Source: an uncultured Gemmatimonadaceae bacterium (GTDB lineage: Bacteria; Gemmatimonadota; Gemmatimonadetes; Gemmatimonadales; Gemmatimonadaceae). From it: a stretch of 64,000 nucleotides of DNA. The DNA lies in contig CAWJMB010000002.1 of the NCBI GenBank assembly GCA_963843845.1, positions 2,336,001 through 2,400,000 of the forward strand, given 5' to 3'. Shown here in pieces: positions 30,626 to 39,910 of the stretch. Position 1 is the stretch's first letter. Every line of letters begins with the position of its first letter. Below the pieces are notes generated by a model, which was not told the origin of the DNA, did no database searches, and saw only the letters and a list, made by a program, of their open reading frames with translations. A program made the position numbers and the translations under genes.

Positions 30626-32803
30626 TTAGATGAACAGCGGCGCGAGCACCAACGTGATCGTCGAGAGCAGCTTCACGAACACGTGCAGCGACGGGCCAGC
30701 CGTGTCCTTGAACGGATCGCCGACCGTGTCGCCGACGACGGCGGCTTTGTGCGCGTCCGATCCCTTGCCGCCGTACACGCCCGTCTCGATGTACTTCTTC
30801 GCGTTGTCCCAGGCGCCGCCACCGTTGTTCAGGAAGCCCGCCATGAGGATGCCGGCGATCGTCCCGATCATCAGGAACGCCGCCACCGCCTCGGCGCCGA
30901 GCCCGAAGCGCTTGAACACGAGCCCGACGATGATGGGGAACGCCACGACGAGGGCACCCGGAAACACCATCGCCTTGAGCGCGCCGACGGTGACGATGTC
31001 GACGCAGCGGCCGTAGTCGGGCATCTCCGTCCCGAGCATGATTCCCGGCTTCTCCTTGAACTGGCGACGCACTTCGTTGATCACGCTCTGCGCGGCCTTG
31101 CGCACCGCGCTCATCGCGAGCGAGGAGAACCAGAACACGAGCATCGCGCCCAACAGTCCGGCGACGAAGATCTGCGGCTTCGCGAGGTTCACCGACAGCT
31201 CGGTCCCCGTCAGCGTGCGGACCTCGTCCAGGTACGCGGAGAACAACAGGAACGCGGCGAGCGCGGCGGAGCCGATCGCGTATCCCTTCGTGAGTGCCTT
31301 CGTGGTGTTGCCGACCGCGTCGAGCCGGTCGGTCTTCTCACGGATCGCGGCCGGCTGGTCGGACATCTCGACGATGCCGCCCGCGTTGTCCGTGATCGGT
31401 CCGAACACGTCCATCGCGAGGATGTAGCCCGCGGTGCCCAACATGCCCATCGTGGCCACCGCGGTGCCGAACAGCCCACCCACCGGCTGCCCCGCTCCGT
31501 CGACGAGCCCGCTCGTGCGTCCGAGGTAGTAGCTGCCCATGATCGCGATGCACACAGTGATGACCGGCGCGACCGTGGATTCCATGCCGACCGCGAGACC
31601 GGCGATGATGTTCGTCGCCGCACCCGTCTGACTCGCCTCGGCGATCGACCTCACGGGGCGGTAACGATATTCCGTGTAGTACTGCGTGATGAACACGAAT
31701 GCGAATGCCGTCAGGATCCCGACGATGCCGCAGAGAAAGAAGTGCCACCACGCGTCGGGTGCGCTCGGCGTCGTGAGCAGTGCCTTCGTCAGGAAGTAGA
31801 ACGCGACCGTGACGAGCGCGGAGGTCATGTAGAAGCCGCGGTTCAGCGCCTTCATCGGATCCTCGTCGCCGCTGGTCCGGACCACGAACACGCCGACGAT
31901 CGACGCGATCAGCCCGACCGCGCCGACGACGAGCGGGAACAGCACGCCGTTGACGCCGAAGAAGGGGTAGAGCAGAACGCCGAGTACCATGGCGCCGATG
32001 TTCTCGGCGGCCGTCGACTCGAACAGGTCGGCGCCGCGGCCTGCGCAGTCGCCGACGTTGTCGCCCACGAGATCGGCGATCACGGCGGGATTGCGGGGGT
32101 CGTCTTCCGGAATTCCTGCCTCGACCTTTCCGACCAGGTCCGCGCCGACGTCGGCCGCCTTCGTATAGATGCCGCCACCGAGCTGCGCGAAGAGCGCGAC
32201 GAACGAGGCGCCGAACCCGAAGCCGACGATCAGGAATGGAATGCGCCGAACCCACTCGTCGGTCGACACACCCTCGGGCGCGATCGCCGCGAGCGCCGCG
32301 AACATGCCGGTGACGCCGATGAGCGACATCGCGACGGTGAACAGCCCGGACACCGCACCGCCGCGCAACGCCGTCTGGAGCGCCGCGTTCAGCGAGTGCG
32401 TCGCCGCCGCCGCCGTGCGGATGTTCGTGCGGATGGACACCCACATCCCCATGTAACCCGCGATCCCCGAGCAGATCGCCCCGAGCAGAAACGCCACGGT
32501 CGTGTACAGCGCGAGCGTGTTCGCCGACAGCGCCCCAGGGATGTCGCTCGACTCCGCCGGGCGGAAGAACGCGTACCCGACATAGATCAGCGCCGCGACG
32601 ACGACCGAGAGCAGTCCGATCGTCTTGTACTGCCGCGCCAGGTACGCCTCCGCACCTTCCTGGATGGCGTCAGAGATTCGCTGCATGGCGGCCGTCCCGC
32701 GGTCGCGCGCGAGCACGCCCCGCGAGATGAATCCCGCCACGACGAGCGCTAGTGCACTCGCGCCAAGGATGACCCAGAGGAGGAAGGACTGCGAGGGAAC
32801 CAT
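30626..32803 (-). CDS. hppA: Membrane-integral ion-translocating pyrophosphatase, K+-independent type
   Basis: GGGIYTKAADVGADLVGKVEAGIPEDDPRNP, GDNVGD, GNTTKA, GDTVGDPFKD. Confidence 0.95.
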   Translation of the reverse strand: MVPSQSFLLWVILGASALALVVAGFISRGVLARDRGTAAMQRISDAIQEGAEAYLARQYKTIGLLSVVVAALIYVGYAFFRPAESSDIPGALSANTLALYTTVAFLLGAICSGIAGYMGMWVSIRTNIRTAAAATHSLNAALQTALRGGAVSGLFTVAMSLIGVTGMFAALAAIAPEGVSTDEWVRRIPFLIVGFGFGASFVALFAQLGGGIYTKAADVGADLVGKVEAGIPEDDPRNPAVIADLVGDNVGDCAGRGADLFESTAAENIGAMVLGVLLYPFFGVNGVLFPLVVGAVGLIASIVGVFVVRTSGDEDPMKALNRGFYMTSALVTVAFYFLTKALLTTPSAPDAWWHFFLCGIVGILTAFAFVFITQYYTEYRYRPVRSIAEASQTGAATNIIAGLAVGMESTVAPVITVCIAIMGSYYLGRTSGLVDGAGQPVGGLFGTAVATMGMLGTAGYILAMDVFGPITDNAGGIVEMSDQPAAIREKTDRLDAVGNTTKALTKGYAIGSAALAAFLLFSAYLDEVRTLTGTELSVNLAKPQIFVAGLLGAMLVFWFSSLAMSAVRKAAQSVINEVRRQFKEKPGIMLGTEMPDYGRCVDIVTVGALKAMVFPGALVVAFPIIVGLVFKRFGLGAEAVAAFLMIGTIAGILMAGFLNNGGGAWDNAKKYIETGVYGGKGSDAHKAAVVGDTVGDPFKDTAGPSLHVFVKLLSTITLVLAPLFI

Positions 32804-32974
32804 GGACGTTCGGTCCGGATGAAGGGGCGAGGGACGGTGCGTGAGGAGCGCGGACGCGCCGCTACGATCGGCGGAGCTTGTCGGCGCACAGACAGGCCCG
32901 TCGGCGTAATCCGGCGGAAACTAGGCGCGCCGCAACGACTTGGAAAGCCGCGGCGCTCGTCCGTCCGGATAACG

Positions 32975-32999
32975 AAAACGCCGCGAGCGGGTCGCGGCG
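32975..32999 (-). terminator. Intrinsic terminator after the Ton cluster
   Basis: Minus strand: CGCCGCGA-cccgc-TCGCGGCG-TTTT. Confidence 0.7.
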
Positions 33000-33027
33000 G
33001 CGCGGAGCGAACGTGGGCTCGTCGCGT

Positions 33028-33942
33028 TCAGAACACGTACGTCAGCGATCCTTTCGCGCGGACCGGCTGCCCGTCGGCACGCACCGCCGCGCGGAAGCGC
33101 ACCGCCTTCAACACCTCGTTGAGCTTGCGGTTGTAGCCGCCGTCGCGCGTCGGCGTGAACTCGAACGAGAGCACCCGCCCAGTCGAGTCCACGTCGAACT
33201 GCGCCACGAGCTGCGTCCCCTTCACCTTGTCAGGCACCGGGATCGGAGGCAGGAACAGCTCTGTGGCCTGCGGGGGGTAGATCGTAGCGGTACCGCCGCC
33301 CGTTCCGGGACCGACACCGGCGCCACGCCCGACACCGTTCCCGCTGCCGACGCCGCCGCCGCTTCCCGGGCCGCTGCCGGCGGTGCCGTCCGCGCCGGTG
33401 CCGCCGCCGGCACCGGCGGCAGGGGCGCTGGCTGCGGACGCCGCTTGCTGCGACGCTGCCGAGGGCTCCGGCGCCGACGGCGGGACGACGGGCGTCCTCA
33501 CGACCGGTGGCGTGACCGCCGGAACCGGGGCGGGCACGGGGGTCGGCTTGGCCGGCGGAGGGGGCACTACGACCGGTGGGGTGGGGGTCGGCGTGGGCGG
33601 CGCGATCTGGATGTAGTGCAGCCGTTCGACGACCCCGATCCCCGTGCGCCCGCCGTTGCCGAGCGTTCCACCGCCACCTCCCCCGGCAGGCCCCTCGCCG
33701 CCAGCACCCTGAATCTCTTGCAGCACCTTCGGCCCGAACACAGGTGCGAGCAACGCGAGAATGACGAGCGCGTGCAGCGCGATCGCCACGCCCGTGCTGA
33801 CCACGTTGCGGCCCTCTCGGCTCGGAATGCCGATGGGCGGGCGGTATGCGGGACGGTCCGGGACGGCGCCGGGACCGTCAGGCGACCACGAAGAATCCAC
33901 TGCGCGGTGACGAGTTGAGGAGGTCGATGCGACGTGGCTCAT
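33028..33942 (-). CDS. TonB/TolA-like energy transducer (start uncertain)
   Basis: TM helix with conserved His (VAIALHALVI), Pro/Gly-rich linker, C-terminal FDVDSTGRV...RFRAA...GQPV. Confidence 0.7.
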   Translation of the reverse strand: MSHVASTSSTRHRAVDSSWSPDGPGAVPDRPAYRPPIGIPSREGRNVVSTGVAIALHALVILALLAPVFGPKVLQEIQGAGGEGPAGGGGGGTLGNGGRTGIGVVERLHYIQIAPPTPTPTPPVVVPPPPAKPTPVPAPVPAVTPPVVRTPVVPPSAPEPSAASQQAASAASAPAAGAGGGTGADGTAGSGPGSGGGVGSGNGVGRGAGVGPGTGGGTATIYPPQATELFLPPIPVPDKVKGTQLVAQFDVDSTGRVLSFEFTPTRDGGYNRKLNEVLKAVRFRAAVRADGQPVRAKGSLTYVF

Positions 33943-33949
33943 ACACGCA

Positions 33950-33989
33950 ACGACGGCGGACGAGCCCCGAAGGATTCGTCCGCCGTCGT
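33950..33989. terminator. Strong hairpin after exbD
   Basis: ACGACGGCGGACGA ... TCGTCCGCCGTCGT, 14-bp perfect stem. Confidence 0.65.
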
Positions 33990-34008
33990 CCCGCACGCGG
34001 GCGGGTGG

Positions 34009-34419
34009 TTACTGCGCGCCCTTCGGCGTGAAACCGATGATCTTGACGCCGGCGCCGCGGGAGATGTCGACGCCCTGGATGATGTCCTGGTACGTCGCGT
34101 CCGGATCACCCTTGATGAAGATGATCTTGTCCGGACGCGGATCGTACAGCTCCTTCAGCCGCGCGGGGAGCGTCGCTGCCGTCTGCGGCTCCTTGTTGAT
34201 CTCGAACTGTCCGCCCTTGTGCACGGACAGCACGATCTGCGAGGTGTTCGGAGCGCTCGATGGCTGCGGGTTCGGATCAGGGAGCTGCACGTCGAGCGCC
34301 TTCCGGCTCGACGGCACGATGACCATGAAGATGATCAGCAGCACCATGAGCACGTCGATCATCGGCGTGACGTTCGGATCGGCGTTGAGCGCGCCGCCGT
34401 TTCCGCTGGACATGGACAT
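34009..34419 (-). CDS. exbD: ExbD/TolR biopolymer transport protein
   Basis: NVTPMIDVLMVLLIIFMV. Confidence 0.92.
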   Translation of the reverse strand: MSMSSGNGGALNADPNVTPMIDVLMVLLIIFMVIVPSSRKALDVQLPDPNPQPSSAPNTSQIVLSVHKGGQFEINKEPQTAATLPARLKELYDPRPDKIIFIKGDPDATYQDIIQGVDISRGAGVKIIGFTPKGAQ

Positions 34420-34422
34420 GGA

Positions 34423-34926
34423 TCAGTCTCCTCCCTTCGGCGGGGCGGCAGCGGCAGCCGCCGCGTCGGCCTTCGCATCCGCGACATCGTCGACACCCTT
34501 CCCATCCGTCCCCGGCAGCTGCTCGGAGACGAGCCCGGTCACGCGAACACCCGCCTTCGCCGCGATGTCGAGCGCGTCCTGCACCTTCGCGTACTCGAGG
34601 TTCTTGTCGGCACGGACGTAGAGAATGAACTCCTCACGTCCCGGCGCCTGGAAGATCTGCTTCAGCGCCTGCTCCAAGTCCTCGTTCCGAACCGGGTTCC
34701 GATTCAGATAGTAGACCCCCTGCCGGTCGATACCGAGCAGTTGGTCACCGTCTTCCTCGGGGTGCTTCTTGAGGTTCGTTCCCTGCGGCGGTGCCGCGTT
34801 CAAGCCCGACGTCAGCGTCGGGATGATCACCATGAAGATGATCAGGAGCACGAGCATGACGTCGACGAGCGGCGTCACGTTCGGCTCGGCTTTGACGGCG
34901 GCGCCGCCTCCGGTGGACATACCCAT
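34423..34926 (-). CDS. exbD: ExbD/TolR biopolymer transport protein
   Basis: NVTPLVDVMLVLLIIFMV, VRADK...Y. Confidence 0.92.
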   Translation of the reverse strand: MGMSTGGGAAVKAEPNVTPLVDVMLVLLIIFMVIIPTLTSGLNAAPPQGTNLKKHPEEDGDQLLGIDRQGVYYLNRNPVRNEDLEQALKQIFQAPGREEFILYVRADKNLEYAKVQDALDIAAKAGVRVTGLVSEQLPGTDGKGVDDVADAKADAAAAAAAPPKGGD

Positions 34927-34966
34927 TCGCTACCTCCTGAGGCCCGTGGCCGGTGGGTCCGAGAGG

Positions 34967-35698
34967 TTACTGCGAGATCGTGCCGCCGGTGCCCGTGCTG
35001 AACTCGCGCGTGAACCGCGACCGCCCGAACTCGCCGGAGACGCCCTTGATGAGGTAGTCGATCATTTCCTTCGACGTGTACGTCATCTCGGCCGTGAGGT
35101 TGTCGATCTTCGTCGAGAAGTAGTTGAACATCCAGACGGCCGGGATCGCGACCATGAGGCCGAATGCCGTCGTGATGAGCGCCTCGGCGATGCCGGCCGA
35201 GATCGCGGAGAGACCGCCGGAGCCGGACGCGGCCATACCCGTGAACGCGTTCACGATGCCCATCGTCGTGCCGAGCAGACCGACGAACGGCGCCGTGGCG
35301 CCCGTCGTCGCGAGCACGCCGAGGCCGCGCTTCAGGTCGACGATCGTCATCAGCATCTCACGCTCGACCGCGCGCTCCGCCGAGTTGATGTCGGCGACGG
35401 TGACCGACCCGTCCATGATGAGCGGGCGGACTTCCGACAGCGCGTTGCCGAGCACGCGGGCGACGTGCGACTTCTTGTAGCCCTCGGCGAGCTTGATCGC
35501 CTCGGTGAGGTTGTCCTCCTCGAGGAACTGGCTGAACTCCGGCGCGAAGCGCTTCGTCTCCGCCTGCGCCTGCCGGATGCTCCACCACTTCTGGATCATG
35601 ATCGTGAGCGACCAGATCGACATGATCGCCAGCGTGACGATGATCCCCTTCGCGAACACGCCCATCTGGGCCCAAAGGCCACCAAGTGACAGATCCAT
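34967..35698 (-). CDS. exbB: MotA/TolQ/ExbB proton channel
   Basis: LAT.G.TAPFVGLLGT, GIAEALITTAFGL.VAIPA. Confidence 0.93.
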   Translation of the reverse strand: MDLSLGGLWAQMGVFAKGIIVTLAIMSIWSLTIMIQKWWSIRQAQAETKRFAPEFSQFLEEDNLTEAIKLAEGYKKSHVARVLGNALSEVRPLIMDGSVTVADINSAERAVEREMLMTIVDLKRGLGVLATTGATAPFVGLLGTTMGIVNAFTGMAASGSGGLSAISAGIAEALITTAFGLMVAIPAVWMFNYFSTKIDNLTAEMTYTSKEMIDYLIKGVSGEFGRSRFTREFSTGTGGTISQ

Positions 35699-35741
35699 AA
35701 CCCTGTTTCTCCGTAGACTATGACGAGTGGTTACCGGGAGC

Positions 35742-36458
35742 TCACTTGGTGAGCGCGAACTGGAACGGCTGCTGCACGAGCTGCTTGACCTTGCGACCGC
35801 CGACCTCGGCCGGCAGGAACCTCATGTTGTTGAGCGCCGAGCGAACTGCCTGCGTGAACAGGTCGTGGTCGGACTTGAGCGACTTGAAGGAGCCCGGCTC
35901 CACGCGCCCCGTCGTGTCGACGATGAACTGGGCGAGGACGGTGCCTTCGACGTTCGCCGACTTCAGCATGTCGGGATACCGCGGCGGCGTGCTGCCGGGC
36001 ACCGGGACGACCGGCTTCTCGACCTGGAAGTCGAAGTACGGCTGGTCCTGAACGACCGGCCCCGTACCGCCGACGACACCCTTGGCGACGCCGCCCTGCA
36101 CGCCCTTGCCGCTGAAGTCCGCCTCGTCCGTGACCCGCTTGGACAGGTCGACCTGCGGGATGATGTCGGGGATCTCGACTGGCGCGGACAGGACTTGGAA
36201 GCCCTTCGGCGGCGGCGGCGCGACGGCGACGTCGGGCGGCGGCGGTGGCGGCGGCTCGTTCTTCGGCGGAGGCGGCTCGTCTTTCTTCATCTCGACGAAG
36301 TCGACCTTCTCCTCTTTCGGCTTCTCGTTCTCGATCGTGGCGTGCGCCGTCGCATAGACGGCGCCGACGATGATGAGCGAGTGCGCGATGATGCTGAAGA
36401 TCGTGCCACCGACGCTCCGCTGCTTCTTGGCCTTGGACTCGAGCAGGTTGTTGAACAT
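35742..36458 (-). CDS. tonB: Energy transducer TonB
   Basis: SIIAH TM motif, Pro-rich linker, PRYP...VEGTV..QFIVDTTGRV, FLPA. Confidence 0.92.
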   Translation of the reverse strand: MFNNLLESKAKKQRSVGGTIFSIIAHSLIIVGAVYATAHATIENEKPKEEKVDFVEMKKDEPPPPKNEPPPPPPPDVAVAPPPPKGFQVLSAPVEIPDIIPQVDLSKRVTDEADFSGKGVQGGVAKGVVGGTGPVVQDQPYFDFQVEKPVVPVPGSTPPRYPDMLKSANVEGTVLAQFIVDTTGRVEPGSFKSLKSDHDLFTQAVRSALNNMRFLPAEVGGRKVKQLVQQPFQFALTK

Positions 36459-36546
36459 GGGCCGATGAGCTGAGTCAGGGACGCGGGATCCCGCAGGGGT
36501 ACGGGGCGCAGTCTAGCCGTCCCTCATGAACAGGGAATGGCGCGAA

Positions 36547-36564
36547 GATTAAGGTTCGATTAGG
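36547..36564 (-). promoter_or_regulatory. Direct repeat with 11-bp period, putative OmpR/PhoB-family operator upstream of tonB
   Basis: Minus strand CCTAATC-gaac-CTTAATC; candidate -10 TAGACT at 36510-36515. Confidence 0.45.
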
Positions 36565-36579
36565 CGCGTGTGACCGACG

Positions 36580-38172
36580 TCAGACTGGCGCGTCGTTCAC
36601 GATGGGACGCGACGCGTCGGCGGTGGGTGAAGACGGCGGACCCGCAGTCAGTGTCGGAAGGGTGACGGTGAAGGTCGAGCCGCGCGTGAGTCGGGACGCG
36701 ACCGTCAGCGTGCCCCCGTGCGCCTGCGAGATCCACTGTGAGATCGCGAGGCCGAGCCCGAAGCCGCCGCGCTCGGGCGTGCCGTCGTCGGCGAGGACGC
36801 GCCGGGACCGCGCGCGGTCGGCACGCCAGAATCGATCGAAGATGAACGGCAGGTCTGCCGCGGAGATGCCGATCCCGGTATCGCGAACGCTGAACGTGAC
36901 GCTGTCCTCCACCCGACGGAGCGAGAGTTCGACGGTCCCACCCGCCGGCGTGTACTTGATCGCGTTCGTGACGAGATTCAGGAACAGCTGGCGCAGCCGC
37001 GCCGCGTCGCCGAGGACGGTGGCGGCGTCGCAGGTCGGGAGCGAGATCGAGAGGGTGGCCGCTTCGCCGAGGATGACGGCGGTCTCGAAGATGTCGTGCA
37101 CGAGCGGCGCGAGCTCGATCGGCTCGCGGTGCAGATCGAACCGTCCCTCGTCGAAGCGAGCGAGGGTCAGGAGGCTGTCGACGAGATTCGCCATGCGCGC
37201 GTTCTCCTGGAGCGCCTCCTCGAGCGCGACGAGCTGTTCCTGACTCCCTGGCGGGGCCGACATCGCGCGCTCGACGTTCGCGCGGAGCACGGTGAGCGGC
37301 GTCTTCAGCTCGTGGCTCGCGTCGGCCGTGAAGCGGCGCAGTGCGCCGAACGACGTCTGCAGGCGCTCGATCATCTCGTTCAGGGTGAGTACCAGGCGCG
37401 CCATCTCGTCGCCGGTCAGGTCGTCGGCCTGCAGTCGGCGGTGCAGGCTGCGGCCGTCGGTGATCGCCTCCAACTCGGTGCGGACGGTGGCGAGGGGGCG
37501 AAGCGTCGCGCCCGCCATGTAGTAGGCGACGGCGACCGAGGCGAGGAGGAGGAGCGGCGCGAACCCGAGCATCGTGTCGAGCAGCTCGCGCTGCGCCGCC
37601 GCCACCGGCGCGCGGGAGAGGCCGGCGACGATGTAGCGCACCGGGGCGAGCGACGAGTCGACCATCGTGCCGACGACGAGGATGTCCTCGCGCTGCGGCA
37701 GGCCGCGCGCCCGCCACGCCGCCGCCCGCGTGCGGTCGGCGGTGTCGCGCACCGCGGCGAACGTCGCGGCGCGCGACCGGCCAGCACGGATGGCGTTCTG
37801 CACGATCGCAGCCGCCCCCCCGGCTTCGAGGAGTCGTGTCTCGAGCGACCCGTAGAGCACGAACCCGGTGCTGTCGGCGAGGACGACGAAGCCGGGAACC
37901 GCATCGAGCACGGCATACAGCTCGCGAACGACCTGCGGCCCGAGGTTGGAGTCGCGGACTTCCACGATCGGCTGCGGTCGCGCGACGCTCTCACGCACGC
38001 GGATGAACTCCGCGAGGAGCCGCGCCGACTCGACGCGCGCCCGCGCCTCCTGGGCGAGGTCGGCCTGCGTCGACGTTCCGCGACGGAACCAGAGCGTCGC
38101 GCCGAACACGACGATCGTCGTGACGAGCGCCGCCGCGTAGGTCGCGGTGAGCCGAGCGCGGATCGAGGCCAT
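36580..38172 (-). CDS. Membrane sensor histidine kinase (HAMP-HisKA-HATPase, CusS/BaeS-like)
   Basis: FTADASHELKTPL, NLVTNAIKYT, D.G.G, GFGLGLAI; two TM segments. Confidence 0.93.
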   Translation of the reverse strand: MASIRARLTATYAAALVTTIVVFGATLWFRRGTSTQADLAQEARARVESARLLAEFIRVRESVARPQPIVEVRDSNLGPQVVRELYAVLDAVPGFVVLADSTGFVLYGSLETRLLEAGGAAAIVQNAIRAGRSRAATFAAVRDTADRTRAAAWRARGLPQREDILVVGTMVDSSLAPVRYIVAGLSRAPVAAAQRELLDTMLGFAPLLLLASVAVAYYMAGATLRPLATVRTELEAITDGRSLHRRLQADDLTGDEMARLVLTLNEMIERLQTSFGALRRFTADASHELKTPLTVLRANVERAMSAPPGSQEQLVALEEALQENARMANLVDSLLTLARFDEGRFDLHREPIELAPLVHDIFETAVILGEAATLSISLPTCDAATVLGDAARLRQLFLNLVTNAIKYTPAGGTVELSLRRVEDSVTFSVRDTGIGISAADLPFIFDRFWRADRARSRRVLADDGTPERGGFGLGLAISQWISQAHGGTLTVASRLTRGSTFTVTLPTLTAGPPSSPTADASRPIVNDAPV

Positions 38173-38190
38173 GGCGCGCCGCGCGTCTCG

Positions 38191-38859
38191 TCAGGCCTTC
38201 ACCACGTACCCGACGCCGCGAACCGTGTGGATCAATCGCTGTACGTGGCCGGCGTCGATCTTCTTCCGCAGATGATTGATCACCACGTCCACGATGTTCG
38301 TGCCCGGGTCGAAGTGGTATCCCCACGCGTACTCGGTGATCAGCGTGCGACTCATGACTCGCCCCGCGTGGCGCATGAGATACTCGAGCACCGCGTACTC
38401 CTTCGGCGTCAGCTCGATCCGCTGATCACCGCGCCGCACCTCCCGCGTGTTCTGCTCGAGCTCCAGGTCGGCGACGTGCAGCTTCGGCGAGACGAGCGCG
38501 CGCGGGCGGCGCGCGAGCGCCTCGACGCGCGCGAGCAGCTCCTCGAACGCGAACGGCTTCGTGACGTAATCGTCGGCCCCCGCGCGCAGCGTCGCGACCT
38601 TCGCATCGACCGCGTCCTGCGCCGTGAGCACGAGCACGGGACGCTCGAAGTCGCGCGCCCGCAGGCTGTGCAGGACGTCGATGCCGTTCTTGCCCGGCAG
38701 GCGCATGTCGAGGATCACGACGTCGTACTCGCCGGTCGCCGCGGCGCGCTCGCCCGTCTCGCCGTCGGCGACGAGATCGACGACCCACCGCTGCTCCTCG
38801 AGGCCACGCTTCACGAACTGGCCGACCGTCGGATCGTCTTCGATGACGAGAATCTTCAC
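38191..38859 (-). CDS. OmpR-family response regulator (CusR-like)
   Basis: KILVIEDD, LDMRLPG, GADDYVTKPF, LTPKEY, NIVDV.I..LRKKID, TVRGVGY. Confidence 0.95.
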   Translation of the reverse strand: MKILVIEDDPTVGQFVKRGLEEQRWVVDLVADGETGERAAATGEYDVVILDMRLPGKNGIDVLHSLRARDFERPVLVLTAQDAVDAKVATLRAGADDYVTKPFAFEELLARVEALARRPRALVSPKLHVADLELEQNTREVRRGDQRIELTPKEYAVLEYLMRHAGRVMSRTLITEYAWGYHFDPGTNIVDVVINHLRKKIDAGHVQRLIHTVRGVGYVVKA

Positions 38860-38875
38860 GGGGAGTCCGGAGAGG

Positions 38876-39910
38876 TCAGATCGCGTCGAGCAGCAGGTCG
38901 GCCGGGTGGATGAGGCCGTGCCTCGCCCGCGAGACAGCGCCGTCGATCACAAGCCGCAACTCGGTCACGTTGCCCGGCCAGCGGTGCGCGCGCAACCGAT
39001 CCAGCGCCGCCGTGCTCAACACCGTCGCAGGTACGCCACTCGCGCGACGCGCGAAGACATGGGCCAGCAGCGCGATGTCCCCGCCGCGATCGCGGAGCGG
39101 TGGCACCTCGAGCTGTACGTCGGCGAGGGCGCGGCGCAGGACCGGGGTCAGGTCGAGTCGATCGAGCGCGTACGCCGTCGTCACGACGAGCCCCGTCTCC
39201 GCGCGTCGGTCGTCCGCGAGCAGTCGCTGCATGTCCGCGTGCAGCAGCTCGATGCGCCGCACGTGCAACGTCCCGCCGCGCGCCGCGGCGCAGGCGCGCG
39301 CGAGCGAGGTGGGGTCGACTCGCGCGCCGTCGAGCGTGACGAACGGCGCCGGAGCCCCGCGCGCGCGGTGCACGCGCCGCGCGAGCGCCGATCGTCCCGT
39401 TCCCGGCTCGCCGATCACGAGCGCGGCGCCGATCGGCGCGGCGTCGACACGCGCGAGCAGCGCGAGGAGCGGCGGGTATTCGGTGAGCCACTCGTCTGCT
39501 GCCGCGGCCGCATCCCACGCCGCCACGCGGCGCTCGAGCGCATGACGCTCGGACGCGCGGTTCACGAGCAGGTCGACCTCGGCCATCCGGTACGGCTTCG
39601 CGACGTAGTCGTACGCGCCGAACTGCAGCGCCGCGAGCGCGGTGTCCACCGTTCCGTTGCCGGTCATGACGACGACCTGGGGCGGCAGGGGCCACCCGCG
39701 CACCTCGCGCAGGACGGCGAGGCCGTCCGCTCCGGGCATCTGCACGTCGAGCAACGCGACGTCGAAGGCGTCGGTCGCGAGCGCATCGAGCGCCGCACGG
39801 CCGTCGTCCACGAGCGTCACGGCGTGCCCGCGGCCGATCAGGAACTGCTGCAGCAGCAGCCCGAGGTGCGCCTCGTCCTCCGCGATGAGCACGCGGATGG
39901 GCACGCTCAC
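38876..39910 (-). CDS. NtrC-like response regulator with degenerate sigma54-activator AAA+ domain, no HTH
   Basis: GTG 39910: VLIAEDE, LDVQMPG, GAYDYVAKP; then GEPGTGR, VPPLRDR, WPGNVTEL. Confidence 0.85.
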   Translation of the reverse strand: MSVPIRVLIAEDEAHLGLLLQQFLIGRGHAVTLVDDGRAALDALATDAFDVALLDVQMPGADGLAVLREVRGWPLPPQVVVMTGNGTVDTALAALQFGAYDYVAKPYRMAEVDLLVNRASERHALERRVAAWDAAAAADEWLTEYPPLLALLARVDAAPIGAALVIGEPGTGRSALARRVHRARGAPAPFVTLDGARVDPTSLARACAAARGGTLHVRRIELLHADMQRLLADDRRAETGLVVTTAYALDRLDLTPVLRRALADVQLEVPPLRDRGGDIALLAHVFARRASGVPATVLSTAALDRLRAHRWPGNVTELRLVIDGAVSRARHGLIHPADLLLDAI

